A stretch of 64,000 bases of DNA from assembly GCF_009914755.1 (NCBI RefSeq), contig NC_060929.1. The stretch is one strand, 5' to 3'. Made by a program: the position numbers and the translations under genes. Of this stretch, positions 39,860 to 58,464 are shown piece after piece. Source of the DNA: the human T2T-CHM13v2.0 reference genome, Homo sapiens. How positions within the stretch are numbered: position 1 is the first letter of the stretch; the number at the start of each line of letters is the position of its first letter. The notes under the pieces were generated by a model, which made no database searches, was not told the origin of the DNA, and saw only the letters and a program-made list of their open reading frames with translations.

Positions 39860-40713
39860 TTTAATTTTATTATTTTAAAATTTATTCTCAGTTTCATTAA
39901 GGTAAAATAGACAAACAGAGCTGTATGAATTAAGGGGGAAAATAGCATGCTGATTATATATATATATATACATATATATTATATTTATTATAATATAATA
40001 TATATGTAGTGAAATGATTACCACGATCAAGTTAATTAACACATCCAGCACCCCACCTAGTTACCATTTGTGTGTGTGTTGGTGAGAACATTTAAGATCT
40101 ACTCTCAACAAATTTCAATGATACAATACAGGATTGCTAGCTATAGTCACCGTGTTGTTCATTAGATCTCCAGAACTGATTAATCTTGTAACTGAACCTC
40201 CCAACCCTTTGACCAACATCTCCCTCTTGCCCCCATCACCAGCCCCTGGGAACCACTATTCTACTCTGTTTCTATGAGTTGGACTCTTAGATGCCACATA
40301 TAAGAGAACTCGTGTGGTATTAGTTTTTGTCTGTCTGACTTTTATTTCACTTAGCATAATGCCCCCACATTCATCCACATTGTCACTAACAGCAGGATTT
40401 TCTTCTTTTTTAAGGCTGAACAGTATTCTGTTATGTCTGTATGTCTTTATTCATCCATCGAGGGAGGCTTAGTTCGTTTCTGCGTCTTGGCAGCAGTGAA
40501 TAATGCTGCAATGGGCACTGGAGTGCAGACGTCTCTTTGAGCTGCTGGTTTTGTTTTCTTCAGATGTATGCCCACAAGTAGGGTCTCTAGCTCCGATGGT
40601 AGTTCTCTCTTTGAGTTTTGGAGGCAACTCCTGATTGTTTTCCATAACTGCTGCACCAATCACCATTTCCAGTGCACAAGGGTTTTCTTTTCTCCACATC
40701 CCCTGACACATCT
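39860..40713 (-). mobile_element. L1MA8/9-like 3' fragment with an internal (TA)n
   Basis: gtgaaatgattaccacgatcaagttaattaac…ggtgagaacatttaagatctactctc…tttctccacatccc. Confidence 0.9.
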
Positions 40714-41904
40714 GCAAGAAGGGGTTGCTTTCCAGAGGAGACAGAGCAGGGGCCTGGACAGGACAGTTGGGTGGCCCAAGGGAGACCCTGCTCTTTGGGG
40801 CCCAGCTTCCAAATCTTGGGGAGAAGCCCTTCTGTAAGCAGGGAGGGGGTGCTTGGGCTCCCAGCCTGTTCACCCAGTGGGGTGCTCTTCTGTGGAATTA
40901 CTCCTCTCCAATCTACAGACACTCGATGTGCCAGGTCAGCTCTGTTTTCCATGTAAAACTCCTTTTCCTAAACTCTGTTCTGATTGTTTGGGGGTGGGGG
41001 TGGGGGGAGATATGTTTGAAACAGTGGATAATTAAATATCACATTTCCTTAATTCCCAGGTGCTGACAGCTGGAGTATGCCTCATTAATTTAATGACAGT
41101 TTTTCTGGAATACATCTGACACTTAGGCATGTAATGCTAACAGCACTTCCTAGATGCACCCAAACTTCAGAAGTTCTTATTTTAAAGCACTCGAGCACCT
41201 AGGAAATACTGTAAGTTTGGGAAACACTGGGTTAGACTGAGGTAAGTCTGTCTCTTTTCTGCACGATTTTCTTAAGACTTTAGGTGTTTACAGTGGAGAT
41301 AGGCTGTTTCCTCCTCCTCTATGCCATGCTTTAGTGGGCTGAGTGCATCCCTGGGAATCTAAGCTACTTAACCCAGGCATCATTGCAGGCAGGATTCTAA
41401 TGGCCCCACATCTGCTATTTGTGAGCTGCCACTGATCGTGAGCTATGGGTCTGGGCTGCCAAGCCAGTCTGCACCTCAGCTCTTCTCTCTGCCGGCACAG
41501 GATTGAGTCCCTTGGTTTCCTTTAGGGCCAATGAGTGCAAACCAGGTGCCGGGGAGACCCAGCATCCTGGGCAGCGATGGTGGGTGCTGCTTGGGGACCA
41601 GGCCTGAAGTCGGGGGCAGGAGGATGCTCACCTCCCATGCTCTCTTGTTCCTGGGTTCCCCACTCCCCAGTGCTTCTCAGAGCTGCTGTCAGAGAAGGGT
41701 TTTCTCACCGAGACTTTTTCCAGACTTCCCTCTGAGCTCCCCCAGGTCTTCTTTCTGTTTACTCCTTGTTGATCCTAAAAATTCTCACGGGTGAAGTGAT
41801 GGCTGCAGGTGATGGGCATGAGCTGAGCTGTTTTCCTGATGCCACGCTGCCATCATAGGGTATGTGGGACCTGCGGAGGGAGGAATGATTAGGGACCTTA
41901 TAGC

Positions 41905-42100
41905 TGTTTATTCATTCATTCAACAAATATTTCCTGAGTGTCTTCTGTGTGCCAGGATGCTCCTAGGTTTAGAGATTCAGCAGGGAACCAAATAGAAAGA
42001 ACATCTCATATTTTAGTGGTGAGACGCCAGCAATCAGGAAATTAATGTAAGGCATACAGTACATTCGACCGTGCAAGTGTCATGTAGGAAAAGCAGTGGG
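41905..42100 (-). mobile_element. L2 3' end
   Basis: ttcattcattcaacaaatattt…tgtgtgccagg is the typical L2 tail in antisense. Confidence 0.75.
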
Positions 42101-42669
42101 GAAGCGAGTGTGGGAGGACGTGAGGGGAGGGAGCACTCACAGGGGTGGAGGGAGGACCTGCACTGTGTCAGGGAGAGCCCTGCAGGGGGAGGGGCTTGCC
42201 CCAAAGCCACGGGTCCTCAGCTTCAAGACCCGCTTTCTGCATGGGCTATTCCTGCAGCTCCCAGTTCCATATGATTTCTCTGCAGTCAGGACTATTTCCA
42301 TCCTGAATTCCCCTCTGTCACTTTGCCCTGCAGTGAGTAGCCCTGGAGGGCTGCGGACAATTTTGGGATCCGGCTAAGGTTGAGTTGGGATGCTTTGGTT
42401 GGGTTTAGTAACCACGCGCATGTGGTTTGCGGCCACTCTCTGTTGAGTTGCACAGCCCTGATGGGAAGGTGTCCATCATTTTCCGGGTCATCGCTGGTGC
42501 GTCGAGGCATGAAGATTCCAGGCCAGAGGGACCAGCTCACCTCGGCTATATCCCAGGGTGCCCCTATCTGGAAACCTGCAGGAAGGAGGAAAAACCATGT
42601 CCGTAGTGCACAGTGCTGGAACATTCCTCCACTCATGGCTTGTACAGGATTGTATAGGAGGAGGACTAG

Positions 42670-43069
<400 letters not shown>

Positions 43070-44282
43070 CCCTTCTCTTTGTTTTTAAAATGGGAAAAGA
43101 TCAAAATAGAATTTGCAGGATTTATTTGTTTACAGAATACAGACTTGTTGCATTTCTACAAAAACTGAGGACACCTGTGTGTAAAGGTGCATGGTTATGC
43201 GTTCCAAACATCAAAGATAAAACGCAAATTTCCATCAGCGAGGTTACACCATTGATCTATTCTCTCTGCAGAAAAATGATGTTAGTAAATCATTGTCATG
43301 ATAAGAAGCAATGAAAACGTGGAGGAGCAGTATTAGACTGTCTGGCAGGAGATTTATAAAATGTGCTGTCATTTTGGATGTTGTGATATATGTGGTCTTC
43401 ATAAAACTAAAAATTTGTAATTTATGTACTCATTCTAAAGAAATATTTTCTTGTGTGCCCAATTTCCTACTGGTAGTTTTGTATTCCTTTCTTGAAAAAC
43501 CCCCGCCTTCCTGATCTACTCTCGCTTTAGGCTTCTAGCATCCAAAACCCAGGCCCCTCCTAGTATGCAGACACTGAGGGTGCAAGCTTTCCAGATGGAA
43601 ACACGTAGATGGAAACACGTGCGAAAGTCCCGGGGTAAAAGGGCCTGGGCTGTCTGGGGAGGGGCAAGGTTGCCTCTGTGGCTGGAACTGATGAAATTAC
43701 ACTGGGGCAGGGCACAAGAGTGAGCAGAAGGGTGGCCTGCAGGGCTGGGAGGCCATGGACGTGGACTGGGCTCTTAGGAGGGGACCGTGGAGTCCCTGGG
43801 GCTCTGGGTCTGGATGGTCCTTGCTTCCGTGTTAGGAAGGGCTCTTGGGGTTGCCTGTGGGATTTTCGCGGTGGATATTCTGCCTGGGGCCTGTCTCTGC
43901 ATTCATATCTATTCGGCATTCTTGGATCCAGCCAAGCAGAGAAATGATTTTCTCAACAGCGAGATATAGAAGAAATTTGATAATAATGCGGAAGTAACTT
44001 CTAAGCATCCTTTTACAGAAAAGTAGGATCACATTTGGCCAAAGAACCACCAGAAAGTAAGAGCAGTGCTTCAAAACGGCCTAGAGGGTGCTCACTCAGC
44101 CCCAGCCCGGCAGCCTCTGAAGGCCTCTGGGAGGCTGGTCTGTGGTGTGGGCCACAGACTCGGCTCCGATAAGAGCAGTGAGAGAGCAGCACGTTGGATG
44201 ACGAGCGCAGATTCAAGGAATGGAATTTACGTTGCCCAGTGCCAGCAAATTCCGAGAAGTAATACATTTTATTAAAAAAACT

Positions 44283-46095
44283 CAACTTTTAACTTTGTTT
44301 TGAAATAATTGTAGATATACATGCAGGAGCATAAAATAATGCAGGGAGATATCAAATGCCCAGTTTCCCTCAATGATAACATTCGTGCGAAACTACAGCG
44401 CACTTCACAGCCAGATAACGACATTGATGTCATCTACTGATGTTGTTCAGATTTCCCCAATCGGTCTTCACTCACTCAGATGAGCATTGAGTTCTATGCA
44501 ATGCTATCACCCAGGCAGATTCATGCACCCATCATCGCAGTTAAGACGCTGAACCTTCCCACCACCGCAGGAATTCTATATGATGACCTGCCCCGTTATG
44601 ACCTCACAGAACCTTCCCACCACCTCAGGAATTCTATATGATGACCTGCCCGTTATGACCTCACAGAACCTTCCCACCACCGCAGGAATTCTACATGATG
44701 ACCTGCCCGTTATGACCTCACAGAACCTTCCCACCACCGCAGGAATTCTATATGATGACCTGCCCGTTATGACCTCACAGAACCTTCCCACCACCGCAGG
44801 AATTCTATATGATGGCCTGCCCTGTTATGACCTCACATAACCTTCCCACCACTGCAGGAATTCTATATGATGGCCTGCCCGTTATCACCTCACATAACCT
44901 TCCCACCACTGCAGGAATTCTATATGATGACCTGCCCCGTTATGACCTCACAGAACCTTCCCACCACCTCAGGAATTCTATATGATGACCTGCCCGTTAT
45001 GACCTCACAGAACCTTCCCACCACCGCAGGAATTCTACATGATGACCTGCCCTGTTATGACCTCACAGAACCTTCCCACCACCACAGGAATTCTATATGA
45101 TGACCTGCCCGTTATGACCTCACAGAACCTTCCCACCACCACAGGAATTCTATATGATGACCTGCCCGTTATGACCTCACAGAACCTTCCCACCACCGCA
45201 GGAATTCTATATGATGACCTGCCCTGTTATGACCTCACAGAACCTTCCCACCACCACAGGAATTCTATATGATGACCTGCCCGTTATGACCTCACAGAAC
45301 CTTCCCACCACCGCAGGAATTCTATATGATGACCTGCCCGTTATGACCTCACAGAACCTTCCCACCACCTCAGGAATTCTATATGATGAACTGCCCATTA
45401 TGATCTCACAGAACCTTCCCACCACCACAGGAATTCTATATGATGACCTGCCCGTTATGACCTCACATAACCTTCCCACCACTGCAGGAATTCTATATGA
45501 TGACCTGCCCCGTTATGACCTCACAGAACCTTCCCACCACCTCAGGAATTCTATATGATGACCTGCCCGTTATGACCTCACATAACCTTCCCACCACTGC
45601 AGGAATTCTATATGATGACCTGCCCCGTTATGACCTCACAGAACCTTCCCACCACCACAGGAATTCTATATGATGACCTGCCTGTTATGACCTCACAGAA
45701 CCTTCCCACCTCTGCAGGAATGCTACATGATGACCTGCCCTGTTATGACCACACATAACCTTCCCACCACTGCAGGAATTCTTTATGATGATCTGCCCCA
45801 TTATGACCTCACAGAACCTTCCCACCACCGCAGGAATGCTATATGATGACCTGCCCTGTTATGATCTCATCTTCTTCCCTCTTCCCCTCCTTAATCCCTG
45901 GAAACCACTGATCTGCTTTCTATTTCTAGAATTTTGTCATTGAAAGGAGGCTATGCAAATGGAATCGCACAGTATGCCACCTTTCAGAACTGGCTTTTTC
46001 CTCTCAACATAAACCCCTTGAGACCCATGCCGGCTGCTGCCTGTACTGATAGTTCATCCCTCTTCCTTGCTACGTAGAATCCTGGAGCAGGGATG
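44283..46095 (-). mobile_element. L1MC/MD-type 3' fragment containing a minisatellite
   Basis: ttttgaaataattgtagat…cccagtttccctcaatg before the VNTR and ccctggaaaccactgatctg…aatggaatcgcacagtatg after it. Confidence 0.82.
44551..45869. repeat. 57/58-bp minisatellite, 23 copies
   Basis: Unit gaaccttcccaccaccgcaggaattctatatgatgacctgcccgttatgacctcaca; I counted 23 units by the gaattc/gaatgc site. Confidence 0.98.
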
Positions 46096-48785
46096 GAAAG
46101 GCACTTTTTAAAATAATGCTTTTGCGGCTCAGAATATCTCAGTACTCATCTTTAGCATCTTTGGTAAAACCTGTTAAGCCCTCCTCCACAATACAGGTCT
46201 CATTTTCATAGTTCCTAGAAAAACTTCCAAAGAAAGGATTCCTGACGGGTGTTGAGAGATTGTAGGGCCACTGGGATGAGTTTATGCCAATGCAAGAGGA
46301 GTTACTTGTGTGACTCTCTACGTGGGCTGGAGGTGGTGGGGCTCATTTAGAAAAACCAAGCAGCATCTCCTGAAGCCCTCCCTGGTGCCCACCTCCCCTG
46401 ATGGGGATCACCACAGGAGAGGGGACTGTTCTAGCTCCCAGGCTTTCGGGCACCCGGGCTTATAGGGGAATGCTTTTGGAGAGCAGGCTGTTAGATGCCT
46501 TGAGGATGAGACACTGGCTTTGCTGTGTTCTCCAGAGTTGGGAGGGCAGGGTGCTGTGGCTCCATGAAGAGCATGTGAGATGCATCTTTTTAGGGGCTGC
46601 CTCCGTGAGATGGAAGGCACCCAAGGAACACAGGGGGTGGCAATAAATATCTGCAAACAGAAAGGGCATGTCCACTGCGATTCTCACCGGGTGCGTAAAA
46701 GCTCTGCCTTTGCTTCATTTCATTGCAGATACTGCTGCCATCCATCCTCTGAGGATAAATGGGTTAATTTTGCAGAGTGCTTTGAAAATGCAAAGTGGTG
46801 TAAAATTATCATGATGTAAGGAGGCCCCACATGTACACTAGAAGGAAAGAGGGGCAGAAGGGGCTACGGCTTGTAGTTTGCATAGTAAATTTCATGATTG
46901 CTTTTGGAAATTGCGCTTTCTTATTTACAAGTATTGTCAATGAAATAAATTGAATAGAATCACCAGATGGCCCTAAATATTGTCTTTATTACCTAGAACC
47001 GTCTTCAGAGAGCTTTTGTTACAGGAACTGGAAGCCTTGAGATTGTTAAGCATGAGAGGCAAAGGGACACTGTGCCTAATTCCAATGATTGTCACAGGCA
47101 GCTATTTATTTTCTGAGTGAGGTGAGGGGGAGACCATCTCATTTAGACTTATTAAAGGGCCCAAAGTGTAACACTCTTCAAAAGGGTCACTATAAATATG
47201 TCACATACTGTATTTCATAGAGTTTATGGGAAAGGAAATTGAAATCTCCTAAAAATAGAATTGAATCTTGTCCAAACAATATTGGATATACCAAATGAGT
47301 ATTTTTGTTATTACATACAACAGGCTGATATTCTGAACACATTTTTATAAACCTTTCGTTTGTTTTCATAAATTTTGGACTTTCCTACAATTCTGAGGTT
47401 TCTTACAGTTATCAGCCAACATGACAGTGTTTTCAAAAATGAGAATGAAAGGCTTGTTTGTGGTGGAATGGCCACCTCCTCCCGCCCTTCCTGCTATGCC
47501 ACCAAGAGCGCTAGGTTGCTGGCTCAGCTCCTGTAATCTTAGGGGGGCGAGGCCCTACAGGGCCAGGGTCCTGGGCTCTGGAAGCCTCATTTCCCTTAGA
47601 CCAGGGGTTGGCCTCACTGTGGGCATGGGGTCAAGTTTTGGTTAGAGTTTAGGGAGAAGCTCTGCTGGGGAGAACTCTCTTTCTCAGAAACAAAATGAAA
47701 CTGAAAGAGTCTCTCCAGCAAGCCCTGGCAGCTGTGGCCTTATCCCTGCCTGTCCTACAAATTTGGGCTCTGGGGCTCCCACTGTAGCCTTGAGACCATA
47801 GGCATGGTGATTGCCATCGAGAAGAGGCTGAGAGATTTACAAAGTGCAGCACTGGCACCCTCATGCCTCCAAGTCACCCACCTCCAGAAATCTGCTACAG
47901 AGGAAAAGAAAGCCTTATGTGTCTATAAAGACACCACTCTTTGTAGGATTGTCTGTTGCCTGAGGCCAAGTGCATTATTCTCAGATCATTCTACATGGAC
48001 ACATTAGAGAAGAAATAAATTGACGGGGAATTATTATAGAATAGCATGAACAAATATAGACTGTGCTTCAGATTAGAGAAGCAGAAACATTCTCCTGTAT
48101 CTACAGCCCTGTGTGCATGCTTAGACCTGGATAGTGGGTGGAGAAGAAAGGAGGCTTTGCATAGAGATTTTTCAGGAAATGCATCAATTTAGAAAAATGC
48201 TTCCTGTGGTGGCTCTACCCTGCTTTCTGCTTCGAGGAGTTCTTAGCAATTCACAAAGGAACCCTGGATTTCCTAGTTTATAGAGATCCCACAGGGCAGG
48301 GTTTCTTGGACATGAATATTACATAGGCTCTCTGCCCAGGGGATACATTTTCTCAGTGATCTCTACTGTTGGCATAAATGATGTTGATTTCTGTTACTTG
48401 AAGATGTACACAAATAAAACTAGTATCAACCCTTCCCATTTACCTTTATGCACAAAATTTGAAAATTAGATGCAAATATAGTTTTACTATCAATAATATT
48501 TAAATTAGTAGCATCAGTGTTGTTTGGTTGGAATTAAGTTTCTCTTCACAATGTGAATATTATTGTGATTTCTAGGGTTCAGTTTGCTGTATGTTAAACA
48601 TACCATGTATTATCTGATGACAAAATTCTCCAATTCTGTTTTCTCCACCGAACTTTAGAGAAACATCCCTTCATCCACCACGGTGCCAAATGTTCTCAGT
48701 TTGGTAGAAAAGAACCACTTATTAATTACATCCAATTCTGTCCTTTTCTTAAGGCCACTTTACCCATGAAACAAAGCCAAAATAG

Positions 48786-49098
<313 letters not shown>

Positions 49099-49488
49099 CT
49101 GCACACATTTTTTATTGCAATTGAAACTGCAGTGAAAAATTAAAAGCGTCTTGGCGTGGCAAATGCATACATTGCTGGAAGTGCCTGTGGACCCCTTTTT
49201 GCAAGAAAAAAATGCCTATTAGGGAAACACACCTTTAGATCTCATCATATGAAGACCAGGTTTTCTTTTCTTTCTCTTTTTTTTATTATGCTTTAAGTTC
49301 TGGGATACATGGGCAGGACGGGCAGGTTTGTTACATAGGTATACACATGCCATGGTGGTTTGCTGCACCCATCAACCCATCATCTACATTAGTTATTTCT
49401 CCTAATACTATCTTTCTCCTAGCTCCCCACCCCCTAACAGGCCCCAGTCTGTGATGTTCCCCTCCCTGTGTCCATGTCTTCTCATTGT

Positions 49489-53608
<4,120 letters not shown>

Positions 53609-53671
53609 TGTGATGCTAGCTGGTTATTTTGCCTGCTAGTTGATGCAGTTTCTTCATAGTGTCAATGGTCT

Positions 53672-54670
53672 TTAAAATTTGGTATGTTTTGCAGTGGCTG
53701 GTACCGATTTTTCCTTTCCGTATTTAGAGCTCTTGTAAGACAGGCCTAGTGGTGACAAAATCTCTCAGCATTTGCTTGTCTGTAAAGGATTTTATTTCTC
53801 CTTCACTTATGAAACTTAGTTTGGCTGGATATGAAATTCTGGGTTGAAAATTCTTTTCTTTAAGAATCTTGAACGTTGGCCCCCACTATCTTTTGGCTTG
53901 TAGGGTTTCTGCAGAAAGATCTGCTGTTAGTCTGACGGGCTTCCCTTTGTGGGTAACCCAGCCTTTCTCTCTGGCTGCCCTTAACATTTTTTCCTTCATT
54001 TCAACCTTGGTGAATCTGATGATTGTGTGTCTTGGGGTTGCTCTTCTTGAGGAGTATCTTTGTGGTGTTCTCTGTATTTCTTGAATTTGAACCTTGGCCT
54101 GTCTTGCTAGGTTGGGGAAGCTCTCCTGGATGACATCCTGAAGAGTGTTTTCCAACTTGGTTCCATTCTCCCCATCACTTTCAAGTTCACAAATCAAACG
54201 TAGGTTTGGTTTTTTCACATAGTCCATTTCTTGGAGGCTTTGTTCGTTCCTTTTTTTTTCTCCAATATTTTCTTCATGCTTTATATCATTAAGTTGATCT
54301 TCAATGTCTGAAATCCTTTCTTCCACTTGATCAAGCCAGCTATTGATACTTGTGTATGTTTTACAATGTTCTCGTGCTGTGTTTTTCAGCTCCATCAGGT
54401 CATTTATGTTCTAAACTGGTTATTCTAGTTAGTGATTCCTCTAACCTTTTTTCAAGGTTCTTAGCTTTCTTGCATTGGGTTAGAACATGCTCCTTTATCT
54501 CAGAGGAGCTTGTTATTACCCACCTTCTGAAGCCTACTTCTGTCAATTCATCAAACTAAGTTTCCCTCCAGTTTTGTCCCCTTGCTGGTGAGGAGTTGTG
54601 ATCCTTTGGAGGAGAAGAGGCATTCTGGTTTTTGGAATTTTTAGTCCTTTAGTGTTGGTTTTTTTCTCAT
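53672..54670 (-). pseudogene. Disrupted L1 ORF1
   Basis: Fragment …KLENTLQDVIQESFPNLARQ…RATPRHTIIRFTKVEMKEKMLRAAREKG…; ATG at 54670 and TAA at 53672-53674 placed by consensus context. Confidence 0.92.
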
Positions 54671-56934
54671 CTTCATGGATTTATCTACCTTTGGTCTTTG
54701 ATGCTGGTGACCTTTGGATGGGGTTTTTCCATGGATGTCCTTTTTGTGGATGTGGATGCTATTCCTTTCTGTTTGTTAGTTTTCCTTCTAACAGTCAAGC
54801 CCCTCTGCTGCTGGTCTGCTGGGAGTTTGCTGGAGGTCCTGTCCAGACCCTGTTTGCATGGGTATCACCAGTGGAGGCTGCAGAACAGCAAAGATTCTGT
54901 TTCTTCCTCTGGAAGCTTTGTCCCAGAGGGGCACCGGCCAGATGCCAGCCAGAGCTCTCCTGTATGAGGTGACTGTTGACCTCTACTGGGAGGTGTCTCC
55001 CAGTCAGGAGGCATGGGGGTCAGGAACCCACTTGAGGAGGCAATCTGTCTCTTATCAGAGCTCAAACACTGTGCTGGGAGATCCACTGCTCTCTTCAGAG
55101 CTGGCAGGCAGGAAGGTTTAAGTCTGTTGAAGCTGTGCCCACAGCTGCCCCTTCCTCTGGGTGCTCTGTCCCAGGGAGATGGGAGTTTTATCTATAAGCC
55201 CCTGACTGGGGCTCTTGCCTTTCTTTCAGAGATGCCCTGCCCAGAGAGGAGGAATCTAGAGAGGCATTCTGGCTACAGGAGCTTTGCAGAGCTGCTGTGG
55301 GCTCCACCCAGTTTGAGCTTCCCCTTTACACTGTGAGGGGAAACCCACCTACTCAAGCCTTCGTAATGGTGGATACCCCACCCCTGACTAAGCTTGGGCA
55401 TCCCAGATTGACTTCAGCCTGCTGTGTTGGAAGAGAGAATTTCAAGCCAGTGGATCTTAGCTTGCTGGGCTCCATGGGGTGGGATCAGCTGAGCTAGAAC
55501 AATTGGCTCCCCGGCTTTAGCCCCCTTTCCAGGGGAGTGAATGGTTCTGTGTCAGTAGCATTCCAGGTGCCACTGGGGTACAAAAAAAAACTCCTATAGC
55601 TAGCTTGGTGTCTGCCCAAATGGACGCCCAGTTTTGTGCTTGAAGCCCAGGGCCCTGGTGGTGAAGGTACCCAAGGAATCTCCTGGTCTGTGTGTTGCAA
55701 AGACCACGGGAAAAGCATAGTATCTGTGCCAGAATGCACCATCTGTCATGGCACAGTCCCTCATGGCTTCCCTTGGCTAGGGGAGGGAGTTCCCCGACCC
55801 CTTGCACTTCCCAGGTGAGGTGATACCACACCCTGCTTTGGCTAGCCCTCCATGGGCTGCACCCCCTGTCTAACCAGTCCCAGTGAGATGAGCCATGTAC
55901 CTCAGCTGGAAATGCAGAAATCACCCGCTTTCTGCATTGATCTGGCTGGGAGCTGCAGACCAGAGCTGTTCCTATTCAGCCATCTTGCCAGCCACTCGAA
56001 GACCAAGTTTTCTTAAGTTATGCAGATACGACCTTGAATTAGTTCAGATTTCCCTGTGAGTACATAACTTCATTACATTTACAGGAAAGGAAAATACAAA
56101 TATTATGTTAAAGCATCAAGAGCAGTCCAATTCCTTTATTGATCAGCTTCCCGGCCTTGCCCCCTGAAGTGACCTTTTGTTGTTGAAAAGCCACATGGAT
56201 GAGATGAGCAAAAGAGGTGAGAAGCAGTGATTGAGACAATGCTCATTCATTGGTGAGCTTCTCTCTGCAAACAAATACAACTATATTAATCCCCCTTCAG
56301 AGACTTGACCGTGTTTAAAACATGAAAATTTTTGAATACCTAATACAATATTATGGTTCATAATTAAAACAAACAAATAAATAAAAGGATATTTAAAAAA
56401 GAAAACACCTCCCTTCCTCTCCTGTGGCTTAGCCACCTTTCCTTTCTAATAGGAAACTGACATTGCTAGGATCTGTGTATTGCCAGAGATACGTTCTTGT
56501 CCGCATAGCCATGAACAATTGCTTCTGCACAGTGGCAGAAGACTACACACGGTTCTGCACCTTCATCTTTTCAAATATTTACTTACTAGTGTAACTTTAT
56601 CCCCTCCCCATATGTGGATACAGTTATCACATATTTACAAAGTCCTTGTGCAATTTAAAAACTTTAATCTATGGTAACAATCTTATTGCTCACCATCCTA
56701 GGCATATTTGGATGTTCTCAACAGATTCCTACAAGAGGACTTGATGTGGGTTTGGGATACATGAACAAACTCCACATGGGACTTGGGTAATCAGTGATTT
56801 TCCAGGGAGTTTGAATATGTCTTCCATGTATGTTCTTCATAGTATTTGCTTGTTTAGTGTGAATTTGTACCTTTATGTAAAGAGGATAAGGCTGCCGAGA
56901 GCCACAGCCTGCAGCTCAGTTGCTAGTTTAGGGA

Positions 56935-57250
56935 TTTACCTATTTATTTGGCATCTAATGTGTGCCAGCACTGTGCTGAGGACTGCAGAATCAAAGCTGA
57001 TTCAGGCACAGATATGCCTTCTGAGCTGTGTCTAGAGGAACCCATGGGCCAGTGGGGAGGGAGAATTGCAAGCCAGTTGATTCAATCCAGCGTGGACTGA
57101 TGTAATGTGATGTGGTAGGGAGGGACACAGACAGGGAGAATGCACCCTGCTGGGAGAGAGAGGAGGGAAGGTGACTGAGATGAGTCACATGGGAGAAGCA
57201 GGTGTTTGCAGGGAGATATCTGAGAGCAAGGCAGTGCTGTGGCCAGGCTT
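56935..57250 (-). mobile_element. L2 3' fragment
   Basis: tatttatttggcatctaatgtgtgccagcactgtgct…. Confidence 0.6.
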
Positions 57251-58464
57251 TGTACTGGGGAATCATGAATGTTCAATGTGTGTGTGCCCCAGGGCCCTGC
57301 TGGTTGCTCTGACTAAAGGCCCGACTCCCACCTCCTAACCCTGGGGAGGGAAATTTTTGTTCACATAATCGAAAAGTCTGGGGTAAAAGGCTCAGGCCTG
57401 GGTGGAAGGAAAGACTGAGACAGTGGCGTCATGGCTTCCTCTTGCCACTTGGCTGCATTGCTTGTTGGGTTTTAGCCCTGCTCTCTCCTGTGTGAATGGC
57501 TTCCTTACAAGCCAGGGAAGAGGGTCTCCTTGCTCATGGTGTGTGGTCTTTGCTGCTCTGAACCCCTGAGTGATAAACAGAGTCCACCCAACACCTCTAG
57601 TAGAAACTTGTGTGGACTCGACTAAGACCTGTGCCGCTCCTGGACCTTAACTGTGTTGGGGGTGAGCAGAGGCTCAGCGAGGCTTTGTCTGTGATGGTGC
57701 TGACCTTGTACTCCAGAGGCTGTAGGGGGCAGGAAGGGCCAAATAAGCCCCCACAGAGCCACACGAAACAAGGGTAAGACAAGGCCCTGTGGAGATACTT
57801 TCTGTGCTGAGCTGAGCAGCATAAAGGAGATGCCATTGGGTTTGGCCAAGACCCTTCCTAAGACGGTTCCTCAACTGCTGGATAACCCCGGGGCTGGTGG
57901 GGCCAAGTGAGGTATGGTGACCCCAAAAAGAAAGGCTGCCTGCTTCCTCTGTGTTTTGTTTGGCAAAGGGGCTGCCCAGGCATGTGCTCAAGGCCTCCCC
58001 CGAGCTACACAGCCTGGATCAGCAGGCCCACCGGGCCATGGCTGGAGTGTGCAGGGAGCCTGGGCTCCCAGTGCCATCAGGTGGACTCTCAGTGAGTGCC
58101 CTTCTGTCCCTGCTTCACCCACATCACCCATCCCCATGACATGGCAGCTGGGAGGGTTGGGTGGGATGGGCACTTCTCCACCTCAAGGGGAGAGCGCTGC
58201 CTGGTCTGAGCCCTCTGGGGTAACCCTGCCCCACTGCACTATGCTCACACTTTAGGACTGTGCAGTCAGGATGAATCCCAAAAGCCTGCCCTGATGTGAG
58301 TGGAGACACTTGTCCTAGGAGCTGCTGTGACACAGGGAACAACTGCCAAGGCAGAAGTAAACACACAGCAGTCACAGAGCCGGGAGAGCCAGCGGAACTG
58401 AGCCACAGCCCTGAGGTCACAGTGGCCACGGGGTCAAGCCCACCTAAGGCCCGCCTTACGTCTG

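Noticed and set aside
40990-41008. G-quadruplex candidate
   Set aside because: Only three G-runs; this is common and uninformative.
43593-43621. Short tandem duplications (gatggaaacacgt twice; also ~61490-61540 and ~32588-32620)
   Set aside because: Ordinary slippage duplications with no further structure.
44551-45869. CRISPR-like array (also considered for the 24-bp and 33-bp arrays)
   Set aside because: Units are head-to-tail with no unique spacers, there are no cas genes and the DNA is primate.
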